A stretch of 63,785 nucleotides of DNA, filler included, from Reclinomonas americana ATCC 50394 (lineage: Eukaryota), in assembly GCA_048213135.1 (NCBI GenBank). It is 20 parts of 20 records of this genome, joined end to end, with 100 filler letters (N's around TTAATTAATTAA, not from the genome) between each part and the next. Parts side by side here need not be neighbours in the genome. Positions count along the whole stretch, not along the records: positions 11,164 to 17,980 come from AFZH01017434.1; positions 18,081 to 24,100 come from AFZH01017435.1; positions 24,201 to 26,723 come from AFZH01017436.1; 17 more parts are not named here. The stretch is one strand, 5' to 3'. This document shows, one piece after another, positions 14,601 to 26,000 of this stretch. The position numbers and the translations under genes are program-made. Position 1 is the first letter of the stretch; each line of letters starts with the position of its first letter. The notes below the pieces were generated by a model that worked only from the letters and a program-made list of their open reading frames with translations, was not told the origin of the DNA and did not search any database.

Positions 14601-17600
14601 CTATCACAGTCCCATGGACTGCCTCCATCAGTGCCAAGTGCAGGAACCAGATGTACAGCGTCGACAGCGTATCCACCACTGCCTCGTTCACCATCATTCA
14701 GTTGCGTGCACACCATGTTTTTTGCTGTTCATGTCGATGTTTGCTTTCAGTGATGCGTTTGACGGTGCATTTTTATTAGTCTGTCTCATCTGTGTTATTA
14801 CTCATCCCGCTTCTTCTCTTCCTTTTTGATCTTTCTTTTCTTCCACTTTCCCACTCGTCAACTTCCCCTCGCCCTCTCTTTTCCTCATTGTCTTTTCTTC
14901 TCTCTTTTTACTCCCTTCCCACTTCCTTCCCTCTTTCCACTCCCTTCCCAGTGTATTGCCGTCCATGATGAATCCCTTCCCTCTTCTCCTTCCCCCTTCT
15001 CCTTCCCCTCTTCTCCTTCCCCCTTCTCCTCCCCCCCCTTCTCCTTCCCCCTTGTCCTTCCCCCCTTCTCCTTCCCCCCTTCTCCTCCCCCCTTCTCCTT
15101 CTCCTCATTCCCCTTTCCCTTTGTCAGGTATCCCTCACCCCCCACCTTCACCCCCGCCTCCTTCTCCGGCACCGGCCCTCTCACCCCCACCATCACCTGC
15201 ACCACCCCACCCACCTGCCGCCTCTACTACACCCTCGACGGCAGCATGCCCAGCGAGGCCACCTCCCCCTCCTTCCCCGCCACCCCCATCAGCCTCACCA
15301 CCTCCGGCACCTTCACCCTCTCCGCCATTGCCGCCGTGGATCACTACTCCGGGCCGTCGACTGTCGCCACCGTCACCTGTGCGTCGCAAGGGGAGGGTGT
15401 TCTGTGAGATCTTCGCTCATTCCTCGTCCTCGCAGACACGGTCATGATCTTGGTGGCGGCGCCGACCATCACCCCAAACGGTGGCATGTTTAATGCCCCA
15501 CAAATGGCCACGGTGCAGTGCCCGGACGCCAATTGCACGCTGTCGCTGACGTCGTACGATGGCAGCACCGCGACGTTCATGTTCGTTCGCGCAAAGCCTG
15601 TCTTGCTCTCCTGCGACTCACTGTTCGGGACAGGTCGGGACAGAAGACCCTCACCGTGGCCTGGACTGGCACGCTCTCCGCCAAGTGTACCAATCGCATG
15701 AACATGATTGAGAGTGCTGTGACGACGGCGATGTTTACGATCACACAGTTGCGTTGAGACCCGAATCTCGTCGGGGTATTCGTTGTTGTTCTGTGTGGAG
15801 ATTGCACTTCTCATTCTCCCTCTCCGCAGATTCCCATCGCCACCCACCTTCACACCCGCCTCTTACGTGGGGATTGGTCCGCTGTCGCCCACCATTGCCT
15901 GCGTGGAGCCCGGCTGCGTCATCTACTACACAACCGATGGCTCGACACCGACAGTGGCGTCCACCGTGTTCCCCACCGTGCCCATCTCGCTGACCACGCT
16001 CGGCATGTATCGACTGTCGGCTATTGTTGCAGTGCCGCATTACACTGGTCCCTCGACGGTGGCCTCAGTCACTTGTTGCGTGGTGGCTGAAGTTGTCCAG
16101 CATGGCAACACTCACTCACCTCATTGGCAGACACACTGGCCATCACGGTGCTGTCGCCGACCATTTCTCCGGCTGGCGGCTCCTTCAGCAAGCCCGTGTC
16201 GGTGACTGTGACGTGCCAGGGCATCAGTGACACCATTCTCCTCACGGCAAATGGATCCACCACCAGCGTCGCGTTGCGTGACAGAGAAGGAAAGGAAGAA
16301 TCACTGGCACTGACGCTGCTTAGCACAGCTCGTCGACCACCGCCATTCTGCTGCTGTCCGCACAGACTGTCAGTGCGAAGTGTGTGAACAATGGATCGCC
16401 GAGCTTGGCCACCAGTGCGGCGTTTGACATTCAGCTGTTGCGTGCACAGAAAAAGAGAGACAAGAACTGTCGTCACACGCAACTGTTCGTTCTCCTTCAT
16501 GTTATTCATGCCACGGTGTGGTCTCTGCGCGTGTTTGCCTCTGACCAAGTTCCCTAATTCTCTTTCTGGATGTCGGTCACAGCATCTGTGACACTCCTCT
16601 TCCTATTTCACGCTGGATTGCTGTCTCAGCGATGCATGACCGCACCAGTGACACTTCTCCTCATCTTTTGTTCTCGATGGATTTCTGTCTCTGCAATACA
16701 TGAAGTCGCAGCACGGTGACACTTCTCCTCATCCTTTCCTCTCGTTGTATATCTGTCTCAGCAGTGCAGCTTCTCACCTCCTGCTATTTCCTCTCGTTGG
16801 CTTTCTGTCTCTGCGATGTGGCGTTTCACCTCCTCCTTTCCTCTCCTTGGATTTCTGTCTCAGATGAGCTGTACTTTCGCAGCACGGGTGGCACTTCTCC
16901 TCATCTTTTTTCTCGTTCGCTTGCTGTCTCAGCAGTGCATGCAGTCGCAGCACCGGTGACACTTCTCATCTTTCCTCTCGTTGGATTGCTGTCTCAGCAA
17001 TAGCCGCAGCACCAGTGACACTTCTCCTCATCCTTTCTTCTCGATGGACTTCTGTCTCTGTGATGCATGAAGTCGCATCACCAGTGACACTTCTCCTCAT
17101 CCTTTCCTCTCGTTGGATTTCTGTCACCGCGATGCGTGAAGTCGCAGCACCAATAACGCTTGCTCCTCATCTTTTCCTCTCGTTGGACTGCTGTCTGAGC
17201 GATGCATGAAGTCGCGGCACTTCGCCTACTGCATTCCTCACGTTCGCTAGCTGTCTCAGCATCGGTGCACTCTCGTCAGTCCGTCATCCGTCTCTGTGTC
17301 TGTAGCTATCTATCCTCAACGAATCCTTGCTACATCACATCACTGCACTCCCTTCCTTCTCCCTTCCCATTTTACCACTCACACCCTTCCCCTCCCTCGC
17401 AGCTCCCCCACTCCACCCACCATCACCCCCACCGACAGCGAGTTCATGCAAGGCCAGCTGCTGGTGGAGATGTCCTGCAGCGACCCCGGCTGCCGCACCT
17501 ACTACGCCGTCGACGGACCCACGGCTGCCGGCACCACAGCACTGGTCGAATACCGCGCCTCCATCCGGCACCCCTCCACCGATATCGGCCGCTTCGTGTA

Positions 17601-20004
17601 CTCGGCGCAGAGTCGCGTGCCCGCGTGGAACAACGCCACGTCGGTGACCACGCAGAGGACGTGTGAGTATGATGAAAAGGGAAAGGGGGGGAGAGGGGGG
17701 GAAGAGGAGAGAGGGAAAGGGTGGAAAGGGAGAAAGGAAACGTAGCAACTCCCAAGATGAGAGGGAAGTCTGTGATTGAAAAGCGAGAAGAAGAGAGACG
17801 ACTGCAGAGACTGGAAAGGAACAGCAGAAGACTGGATGTGCTTTCATTGCTCAGAAAAGAGGCAAGACGCTTTTGACGCAGAAGAGAGATGGTTGCTGTG
17901 ACAGACTGGATGTGGTGAGAAGAAAACTGAATATGCTTTCAGAGCTTATAAAGAGACGAGGCAAACAGTCAAGAAAGAGGNNNNNNNNNNNNNNNNNNNN
18001 NNNNNNNNNNNNNNNNNNNNNNNNTTAATTAATTAANNNNNNNNNNNNNNNNNNNNNNNNNNNNNNNNNNNNNNNNNNNNTGCATGCAATGGAAGAGAGA
18101 GATGGATTCTGAGACTAGAAAGTATCAGCAGAAGACTGAATGTGCTTCCAGAGCTTTGAAAAGAGACGAGACACTTTCGACGCATGCGATGGAAGAGAGG
18201 ATTGCCGAGAAGACTGGATGGGCCGAGGCGAACACTGGCTGTATTTCAGAGCTGCGGAGAGAGACGAGGCACTTTCTGAAAGAGAGAGACGGTTGCCGAG
18301 ACAGACTGGATGTGGTGTGAAGAAGACTGAGTGTGCTTACAGAGCTGGGGTGAGAGACAAGGCGCTGTCGACGCACTCGATGGAAAGAGAAGAAGGCATA
18401 ACTTTCATGCATATGCAGTGAGAAGTAAGACAAAATGTTATTTGCGTAGCATGCCACCTTCTAACTCCCTTCTCCCTCATCCCTCCCTTCTCCCTCATCC
18501 CTCCCTTCTCCCTCATCCCTCCCTTCCCCCCACCCTTCCCCCATTGTGCAGTCGACATCTTCGGCTCCCTCACCGACCTACAGCTCTCACCCGTCAACGG
18601 CACCATCTTCACCAACAACTGCACCCTCACCGTCAACTCGGAACAGTCGGCGCTCATCGAGTACATTGTGCGGCCGCTGAGCGATGCGGACACGAGCTTG
18701 CCGGCCGCCTCGGCTGCCTGGAGCGTGTACTCGGCGCCCATTGTCGTGCAGCAGAGCAGCGTGATATTCACGAGGGTGAGCTGCTATCCACAGACTTGCT
18801 GCTCCCAACATAATTGCATTTGTTTGCTGTCTCTACTGTCCAGCTTAGTTCTTTCTTGTGCTTTGCTTTCGCATCAATCTGTCTCTTTCTATATTGCCGT
18901 TGGTCTCCTGCACTATCATCAATCTGCTGCAATTTTTCATTCTCTCAAGCTCTCATGCTCCCTCTCTCACTCTGTCGTCCTTGATCGATATCTTCTTCAC
19001 TATTGACGCAATTCATCAACAGACTGTTTGCATTGACTGTCGACCCTTATGCTTCTCGCTTGCTGTCTGTATCGCTTTCGTTGCTGCACTCCAGCGCATT
19101 ATCCTGCTTTCATCTCTCTCATCAACTCTCTCTCTCTCTGTACCTTTGTCTCGTTCTCTTGCTCGAGCTTCTCTTTACATGTAGCGATTCACAAGCTTCT
19201 AAGTGTTTCGTTTCTTTCCTCTTTCTTGCTTTCACTCTCTCTCTCTCTGTCGATTTTGCTGCTGCACTCCACACACCTTGTATCCTTCACTTCCATGTTT
19301 CGATCCGTGCTTCTTTCAGTATTTGTAGGTCTCTCTTCCGCTACTTCTCACTCTCCACAGCAAAACAGTAAACATATATTCTTCAATTCCTCTATTGCTG
19401 TGTTGCGACTTGTATCTCAGTCTTTTTTCTTGCTGTGTCGCATTCACAAGCATAACTCTCACTCTTTCTCCTCTGTCTCTCTTTCCTCTCACTTCACCCT
19501 CCCTCTTTTCCTAACTCCTCCCTTTCCTTCTATCCCTTCCCCTCCCCTTCCCTTATATCCCCTTCCCCTTTTCAGGCCTCGAAAGACTTCCACCACCCCA
19601 CCCGCCTCCTCAGCAACCCCCACATCCTCCTCCAACGCTCCACCCTCATCCCCTCCACCGAAATCGACGGCTCGCGCGACCAACCCACCTTTTGGACCGG
19701 CACGCGCGTGGCCTCGATCACCGGCGGCGGCGTGGCCTTTGTCGCCCTCGTCGTCGTCGCCGCCATTCTCATCATCAAGTGCGTGAAGAAAGCCCTCTCC
19801 GCCAAGGGCTACCAGAGACTGATGCGCGACGAGCTGCCGAGCCTCGGCCTGCGCATGGACGACATGCGCGTGGTGGGCGCGGATGGAGAGGGCGAGCAAG
19901 GTGAGGGGGAGGTGGTGGGGGAAATAGGGTTGAGTGGTGAGTCGCTCATCTCTTCCACAGCGCACAGCGCCCAGGGCCTGCCTGCAATGTCGGCTGGCAT
20001 TTGA
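712..20004 (+). CDS. Large multi-exon (roughly 30 or more exons) type-I membrane/surface protein: signal peptide, Cys-rich segments, LamG-like and F5/8-discoidin/F-lectin-like regions, about 10 chitobiase/beta-hexosaminidase C-terminal (Fn3-like) repeats, TM helix, short cytoplasmic tail
   Basis: ATG at 712 gives MREYYLLVLVIAVAISCVAHA (signal peptide). GT-AG exons join in phase, e.g. 889-1028, 1570-1645, 1702-1822, 2127-2404, 3502-3814, 4938-5050, 5116-5335, 5691-5852. WFTADLGTVTDISRVNLYN at ~10535-10590. Repeated PT[IF][TS]PxxGxF...YYTxDG motifs at 10950-18780. Hydrophobic VASITGGGVAFVALVVVAAILII at ~19708-19776, stop at 20004. At least one exon is missing in the 7.9 kb gap, so a single gene is assumed across the gaps. 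Confidence 0.7.
2720..4875 (+). repeat. Local intragenic duplications of exon/intron segments
   Basis: ~2730-3028 is repeated at ~3320-3615; ~3662-4085 is repeated at ~4187-4660; a third partial copy lies at ~4760-4875. Confidence 0.85.
5450..5647 (+). repeat. Intronic 7-bp tandem repeat (GGGTCGA/GGGTTGA/GGGTTGC)
   Basis: Directly visible heptamer array. Confidence 0.85.
6045..7040 (+). repeat. Degenerate intronic minisatellite, unit about 150-180 bp
   Basis: Recurring TTCTCCGATTTTG[GA]TGCGAA..GAGAGAA cores near 6051, 6221, 6391, 6561, 6731 and 6900. Confidence 0.6.
7885..7984. other. Assembly gap with an artificial six-frame-stop linker (first of 19)
   Basis: N44-TTAATTAATTAA-N44 pattern repeated at every gap. 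Confidence 0.95.
16588..17220 (+). repeat. Intronic minisatellite, unit about 60-70 bp
   Basis: Recurring GTGACACTTCTCCTCATC..TTCCTCTCGTTGGAT...GCATGAAGTCGCAGCAC. Confidence 0.8.
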
Positions 20005-20077
20005 AAAATGAACAGATTCCCAGAGAAAAAAGCGAGAGTACAATCACGAATCACAAGAGCCAAGCGCTGTCGCGCGT

Positions 20078-23000
20078 CTAATGCTGCGGGAACTCAAACA
20101 CGGCGGCGGCGCCCATGCCCTGCAGATGGTAGAAGTGAGGGGAGCAGGTGAATGAAGAGGACAAGGGTGGCAAGCACTCACCGAGCCGATGCACATGGAG
20201 ACCACACCGTACTTGGCATGGCGGCGACGAGCTGTGAGAGGGAAAGGGATGAGAACGACACAGAGGAGAGAGACACGGCCTCACTGCACAACGGCTGCTC
20301 TCTCACCCCCTCTCATTCTCTCACTTCTCCTCCTTGCCGACTTGCAAACATATCCATCCACTCTCACACCGCGACCTCGCATTCTCGCATTCCTCCTCAC
20401 TCTCCGTCGCTCTTCCTGATATCAGCAATGTCGTAATCTCACTGCACAACAGCTCTCTCACCCCCTCTCTCCTTTTCTGATTTCACTCTCACAGCACGTC
20501 TCGCATTCTCTCATTCCTCCCCACTCTCCGTCGTTCTTTTCTGATTTCAGCATTATCATAGTCTCACTGCACAACGGCTGCTCTCTCGTCCCCTCTCATT
20601 CTCTGATTTCACTCTCACTTCCCCTCGTTGCAGACTTGCAAACATCTCGCATTCTCTCATTCCTCCTCACTCTCCGTCGCTCTCTTCTGCTTTCAGCGTT
20701 GTAATTGTCTCACTACACAATTGCTGCTCTCTTACCCCTCTCTCATTCTCTGATTTCACCTCTTTGCAGCCTTGCAAACACACCCATCCACTCTCACAGG
20801 ACGACTCGCATTCTCTCATTCCCCATCACTCTCTGTCGCTCTCTTCTGCTTTCAGCGTTGTCAAAGTCTCACAGTACAACGGTTGCTCTCTCACCCCCTC
20901 TCATTCTCTAACTTGCCCTCCTTGCCGACTTGCAAACATATCCATTCACTCTCACAGCACGTCTCGCACTCTCATTCTTCACTCTCCGTCGCTCTTTTCT
21001 GCTTTCAGAATGTCATAGTCTCACTTCCCCTCTTTGCACCTTCCCCTCTCTTCCCGCTCCCCCTTTCCCTCTCTTCCCCTCTCCACCCTTCCCCTACAAA
21101 CCCTCATGAATGATCTGGGTCGTCAGCTTGGCACCGGTGCACCCCAGCGGGTGGCCGAGAGCCATCGCACCACCATTGACGTTGACCTTGTCCATCGGCA
21201 GTCCGAGCTTGTCACCGCAGTACAGGAACTGCGTGGCGAACGCCTCGTTGACCTCCCACAGATCGATCTGGTCCTGCGAGACGCCGGCCATCTCCAGGGC
21301 GCGGGGGATGGCGTAGGCAGGGCCGACGCCCTGTGGATGGGGGAAGGGAGGGAAAGTGAGGATCACAGAGAGGGAGAAGGTGGAGAGGAACGGAGAGGAA
21401 TGGAGAGAGGAATGGAGACGGGAATGGAGAGGGGAATGGAGAGGGGAACGGAGGGAGGAACGAAGAGAGGAACGGAGAGAGGAACGAAGAGAGGAACGGA
21501 GAGAGGAACGAAGAGAGGAACGGAGAGAGGAACGAAGAGAGGAACGGAGAGAGGAACGAAGTGAGGATCACAGAGAGGGAGAAGGTGGAGAGGGAGAGGG
21601 AAGGAGAGAGGGAAGGAGAGGGAGGGAGAGAGGAACACAGAGAGGAATGGAGAGGGGAACGGAGAGAGGAACGGAGAGAGGAACGGAGAGGGGAACGGAG
21701 AGAGGAACGGAGAGAGGAACGGAGAGAGGAACAAAGAGAGGAACAAAGAGAGGAACGCAGTGAGGAACGAAGAGAGAGGAACGTAGTGAGGAACGGAGAG
21801 AGGAACGCAGTGAGGGACGACTGAAGGAGAGAAAGCGACACATCAGGAATCTCAACAAGTCAAATGACGGCCGAAGGCCAGAATCAGAAACATATCGACA
21901 ACGAGAACAAAAGACAGACAGCGAGAGGGATTGACAGATTGCCAAGAGGGCTTTGAACACGAAAGGAGAAAACACACACGCACAACAGTGTCAACTTGAC
22001 GTTCACAGAGAATCACCAGCAACGGAGCCAAGAAAGCATGCACACTGAGATTGAACATAGAAGCCAAATTAGAGCGAGAGACAGGAAATGATCAAACCGG
22101 AATAGCAAGCACTCGACAACAAGCACGAATGACAAGCAGCAACAGATAACACAATGTTCTCTCACTCACACAAGTACAACTTAGCTCTCAAACAAGCAAA
22201 AGGAATAGACAAATATCGTGACTGTCGACTCTCACTTCACAGAAACACACACTCAAGCGAAGAACAGAGAATGCAAAATGCAGAGCAGCGGAAGAGAAAA
22301 GGAATAGATCATATCAGAACGGCAAACACTCAAACGGCAACAAGGAACACAGCGTCCGCAAACACGAATAATAGGCACCAAGATAGATTTATCTCTCACT
22401 CGCACAAGCGCAACTTTGCTCTCTAACAAGCACAGAACGAAAGATCAACGAGACAATACTGCATTGTCGACTCTCACTCCACAGACAGCAAGCACTCAAG
22501 CGAAGAAAGCACTCACTTCTCGTCTCTTCTCCAATCTCTTCCCTTCTTATTTCTCCGCTCTCAACACTCCATTCTTCTCTCACCACCCTGCTCTCTCCAA
22601 CCTTCTCCCTTCACCCAAACTCTTCTCTCTATCTCTCCCTCCCCACCCCCCTCACCCTTCCCCTGCACCCCCTTCCCCTCTCTTCCCCCCTTCCCCTTTC
22701 GCACCATGATCGCCGGGGGCACACCAACCACCGCAAACGAGCGCAGCGTGGCCTGCACCTGGCATCCCAGTCGGCGAGCCGTGGCCCGCGACATCAGCAG
22801 CAGCGCAGAGGCTCCGTCCGACATCTGCGAGCGAGATAAGTGACAGCCAGTGGACAATCACTTCTCTTGTCAAGCACCTGCGACGAGTTGCCGGCCGTCA
22901 CCACGCCAGTCTTCTTGAACACCGGGCGCAGCTTGCCCAGCACCTCCGCCGTGGTGTCACCACGCAGGCCATCGTCGGCCTTGATCACCACCTGCTTCGT

Positions 23001-26000
23001 CTCCTTGGTCTGGTCGTTGATCAGCACCGTGCTCACCGGCGTGATCTCGTCTGTGAAGAGAGAGAAGTGAGGAGGAGAATAAAACGCCTTCTCTGTACAA
23101 ATCAAACTCACCGACAAACTTGCCAGCAGCCTGCGCCGCAGCCGCCTTGCGGTGGCTCTCCGCCGCAGCCTCATCGAGACGCGAGCGAGGCATGTTGAAG
23201 CGCTCGGCGACGTTCTCGGCGGTGATGCCCATGGCGCTGCAGAGATGGTGAGCGACTTCAATCAATCAAGGCGGAGGACAGCTGGCGGGACGCAACAGGT
23301 AGCTGTCCGCCGCGGCGCCCGTGGCCTGCGGGTTCGGCTTGAGCTTGAACTCCATCGGGTCCTGCGGGGAAGGGCAAGGGGGAAGGGATGAGAACCAAGC
23401 AAGTTACAAGGAATTGTGTCCCTCACAATCTCATCGTCCAACTACGTCACTCAACTCATTCTCACTCTCCTTTGTTTCCCATTCGTTCCCCAAGCCCAAC
23501 TCTCCACGGTCTGACATTCTCTGCCTCTCTCTCTCAGTCACTTTCCTTGCCACTCTCCTTAAATTTGCCACAGCGCGCTCTTTCTCTCCCCCTTCCCCTC
23601 CCGATCTTCCTTCCTCACTCTTCCTACCTTGCTCGGAAGTCTCCTTCTCGCATTGAGAGCATTATCGTATCACCCGCCACTTCTCTCTCCAACTTTATCG
23701 CTCACTCTGCTTCTCCTTCTCTCTTCCCTCTCCTTTTCCGCCCTTCTCTCTCCATCTCTTTTCCCTCACTGTACTTCTCCTTCTCCTCCTCTCTTCTCCT
23801 CTTTCTCCCTTCCCCCTCCCCTTCACTCACCCTGGACATGCTCTCCATTCCCGCGGCAATGCCAATATCATAGTAGCCCGCCTGAATCGCCGACGCCACA
23901 TCGGCAATGGCCTGCAGGCCCGACGAGCAGAAGCGGTTGATGGTGCGCACGGGCACGGTCTCCGGGATGCCCGCCATCAGGCCGGCCACACGGACGTCGA
24001 TCACGCCACCCTACAGAGGGGGAAGGGGGAAGGGTGAGAAGGGGCAGGGGGGGAAAGAGAGGGGTGAGGGGGAGAGCGAGAGGGCAGAGCGAGAGGGGGA
24101 NNNNNNNNNNNNNNNNNNNNNNNNNNNNNNNNNNNNNNNNNNNNTTAATTAATTAANNNNNNNNNNNNNNNNNNNNNNNNNNNNNNNNNNNNNNNNNNNN
24201 GAGCGAGAGGGGAGAGCGAGAAGGGAGAGCGAGAGGGGAGCGAGAAGGGGAGCGAGAAGGGGAGCGAGAGGGGAGAGCGAGAGGGGGAGTGTGAGAAGGG
24301 GAGAGTGAGAAGGGGAGAGTGAGAAGACGAGAGCGAGAGGGGGAGAAAGAAAGAGAGAGATGTCCTTTGTGGAAAATTCTCACCTGCGGCGGCAGCACAC
24401 AACCAACAGTAATGTCACCAATGTCAGCCGGCTTCACCTGCGGCGCGCGGCGCAGCAGGTCCTCGAACACGTGACGGAGCATGACGTCCGGCGCGGTGTC
24501 CTGCCAATTCACAATCAACAACCATTCCGAAACGCCCATTAACCCCATCTCCTTCCACAAAACCTTGAATCCACCGCGGAAGGCACGGCACACAGCCGTG
24601 CGGCACGAGGCCACAATTACAACGTCGGAGTCGTCGTCGCCCGGGTGGATGACGCTGAGCGGCACGTTCTTGTCGGCGTGCTGCGCCAGGTAGGGCGATG
24701 GGCGGAAAAGCTCGACGCCGAAGCGGTTGTGCCACTCGTCGAGCTTCTGGCGGATGTAGCGGGCGCCGATGGAGTCGGCGTACTTGATGAGGCCGCCGCT
24801 GCAACAAGGGAAAGGGGGAGTGAGGAGAAGGGAAGGAGAAGAAAGGGAAGGAGAAGAAAGGGAAGGAGAAGAAAGGGAGATAAGAAGGAAAAGAAGGGTA
24901 AGAAATGAGACTCACGAAAAAGAACGGGGACTACTGAACGGAAGGAGTGAGCTACAAGAGAAACAGATAACAGGGTTGAAGTTCCGCGCATTAAGAACTT
25001 GTGATGGAAAACAAGGAAGTGGAGCAACACAGACGTTAAGTGTAGAAAGAATGGAAGGAGGACGACGAATCGGAAGGCAGAGCGCAGAATGACGAGACAT
25101 GAGATGACGACTCTGCGAATGCACAACAATGAAGAGCAATAGAGGACTCGAGCTGCAAACATGGAAAAAGACACTCGCCCACGGCAACGAGAATGCAGCA
25201 AGAAGAACGGTGACATCCAGTTCAAATCACAGATCACACGTACCGCCACGACGGGAAGCCCATGCCCATGACCTGCAGCGTGAAGATAGTGGGAGTGAGC
25301 GCGCAGTACCCAATGCACGAAAATCCATTTTCTCAGTCACTTGTTTCCTTTCCATGCAACGCTCGCTGCTCTGAGGGCAACGCTCTCTCGCATCTCTCGC
25401 CATTTCCTGGTTACTCTACCACTCTACTGTCCATATTATGTCAAGCGTCGTGTGTAGTACCGCTTGTCCGTCACTCGAAACTTCCTCCAAAACGGCACGC
25501 CTACCACCGTCCGGAACATGCCCCCCGCCACTCTCAACCCCATTCGCATCCCCTTCCTGTGCTTCTTGTCATCTTCTTCTTGTTCCATACTTCATCTTGT
25601 CTCTCTTGTCCTCCACTCACATTCTTCATCCTCCCTTTCCCCTTATCCACCAATCCCTTAATCTCCCTTGCCCCCAACGCACCGACGCCACATCAATGTC
25701 ACTGGAGCGCACGCAAATGCCCTCATCCAGCACACGGCAGGCCTCGTTGATGACGCTGAACCACACCATCTCCAGAATGTCCTGGTCGGTGAAATTCACC
25801 GGCTGCAACCAAGGAGAGTGAGATGGAACTCCACTGGCAGCCCTTCTCCCAATAACAAACCTCTGGGTTGCCCGACAGGCGACGAGCCTCCTGCAGGTAG
25901 CGCGCCACGCCCTGCGCATCCGCCGGTGCCTCGCGCACGCCCTTCTCGTGCTTGTAGTAGCCGGCGCCCGACTTTTGGCCTGCGAACGGAGCAGAGTGAG

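Noticed and set aside
16588..17220. Regularly spaced repeats that could suggest a CRISPR array
   Set aside because: Degenerate tandem units without unique spacers, eukaryotic intron context, no cas genes.
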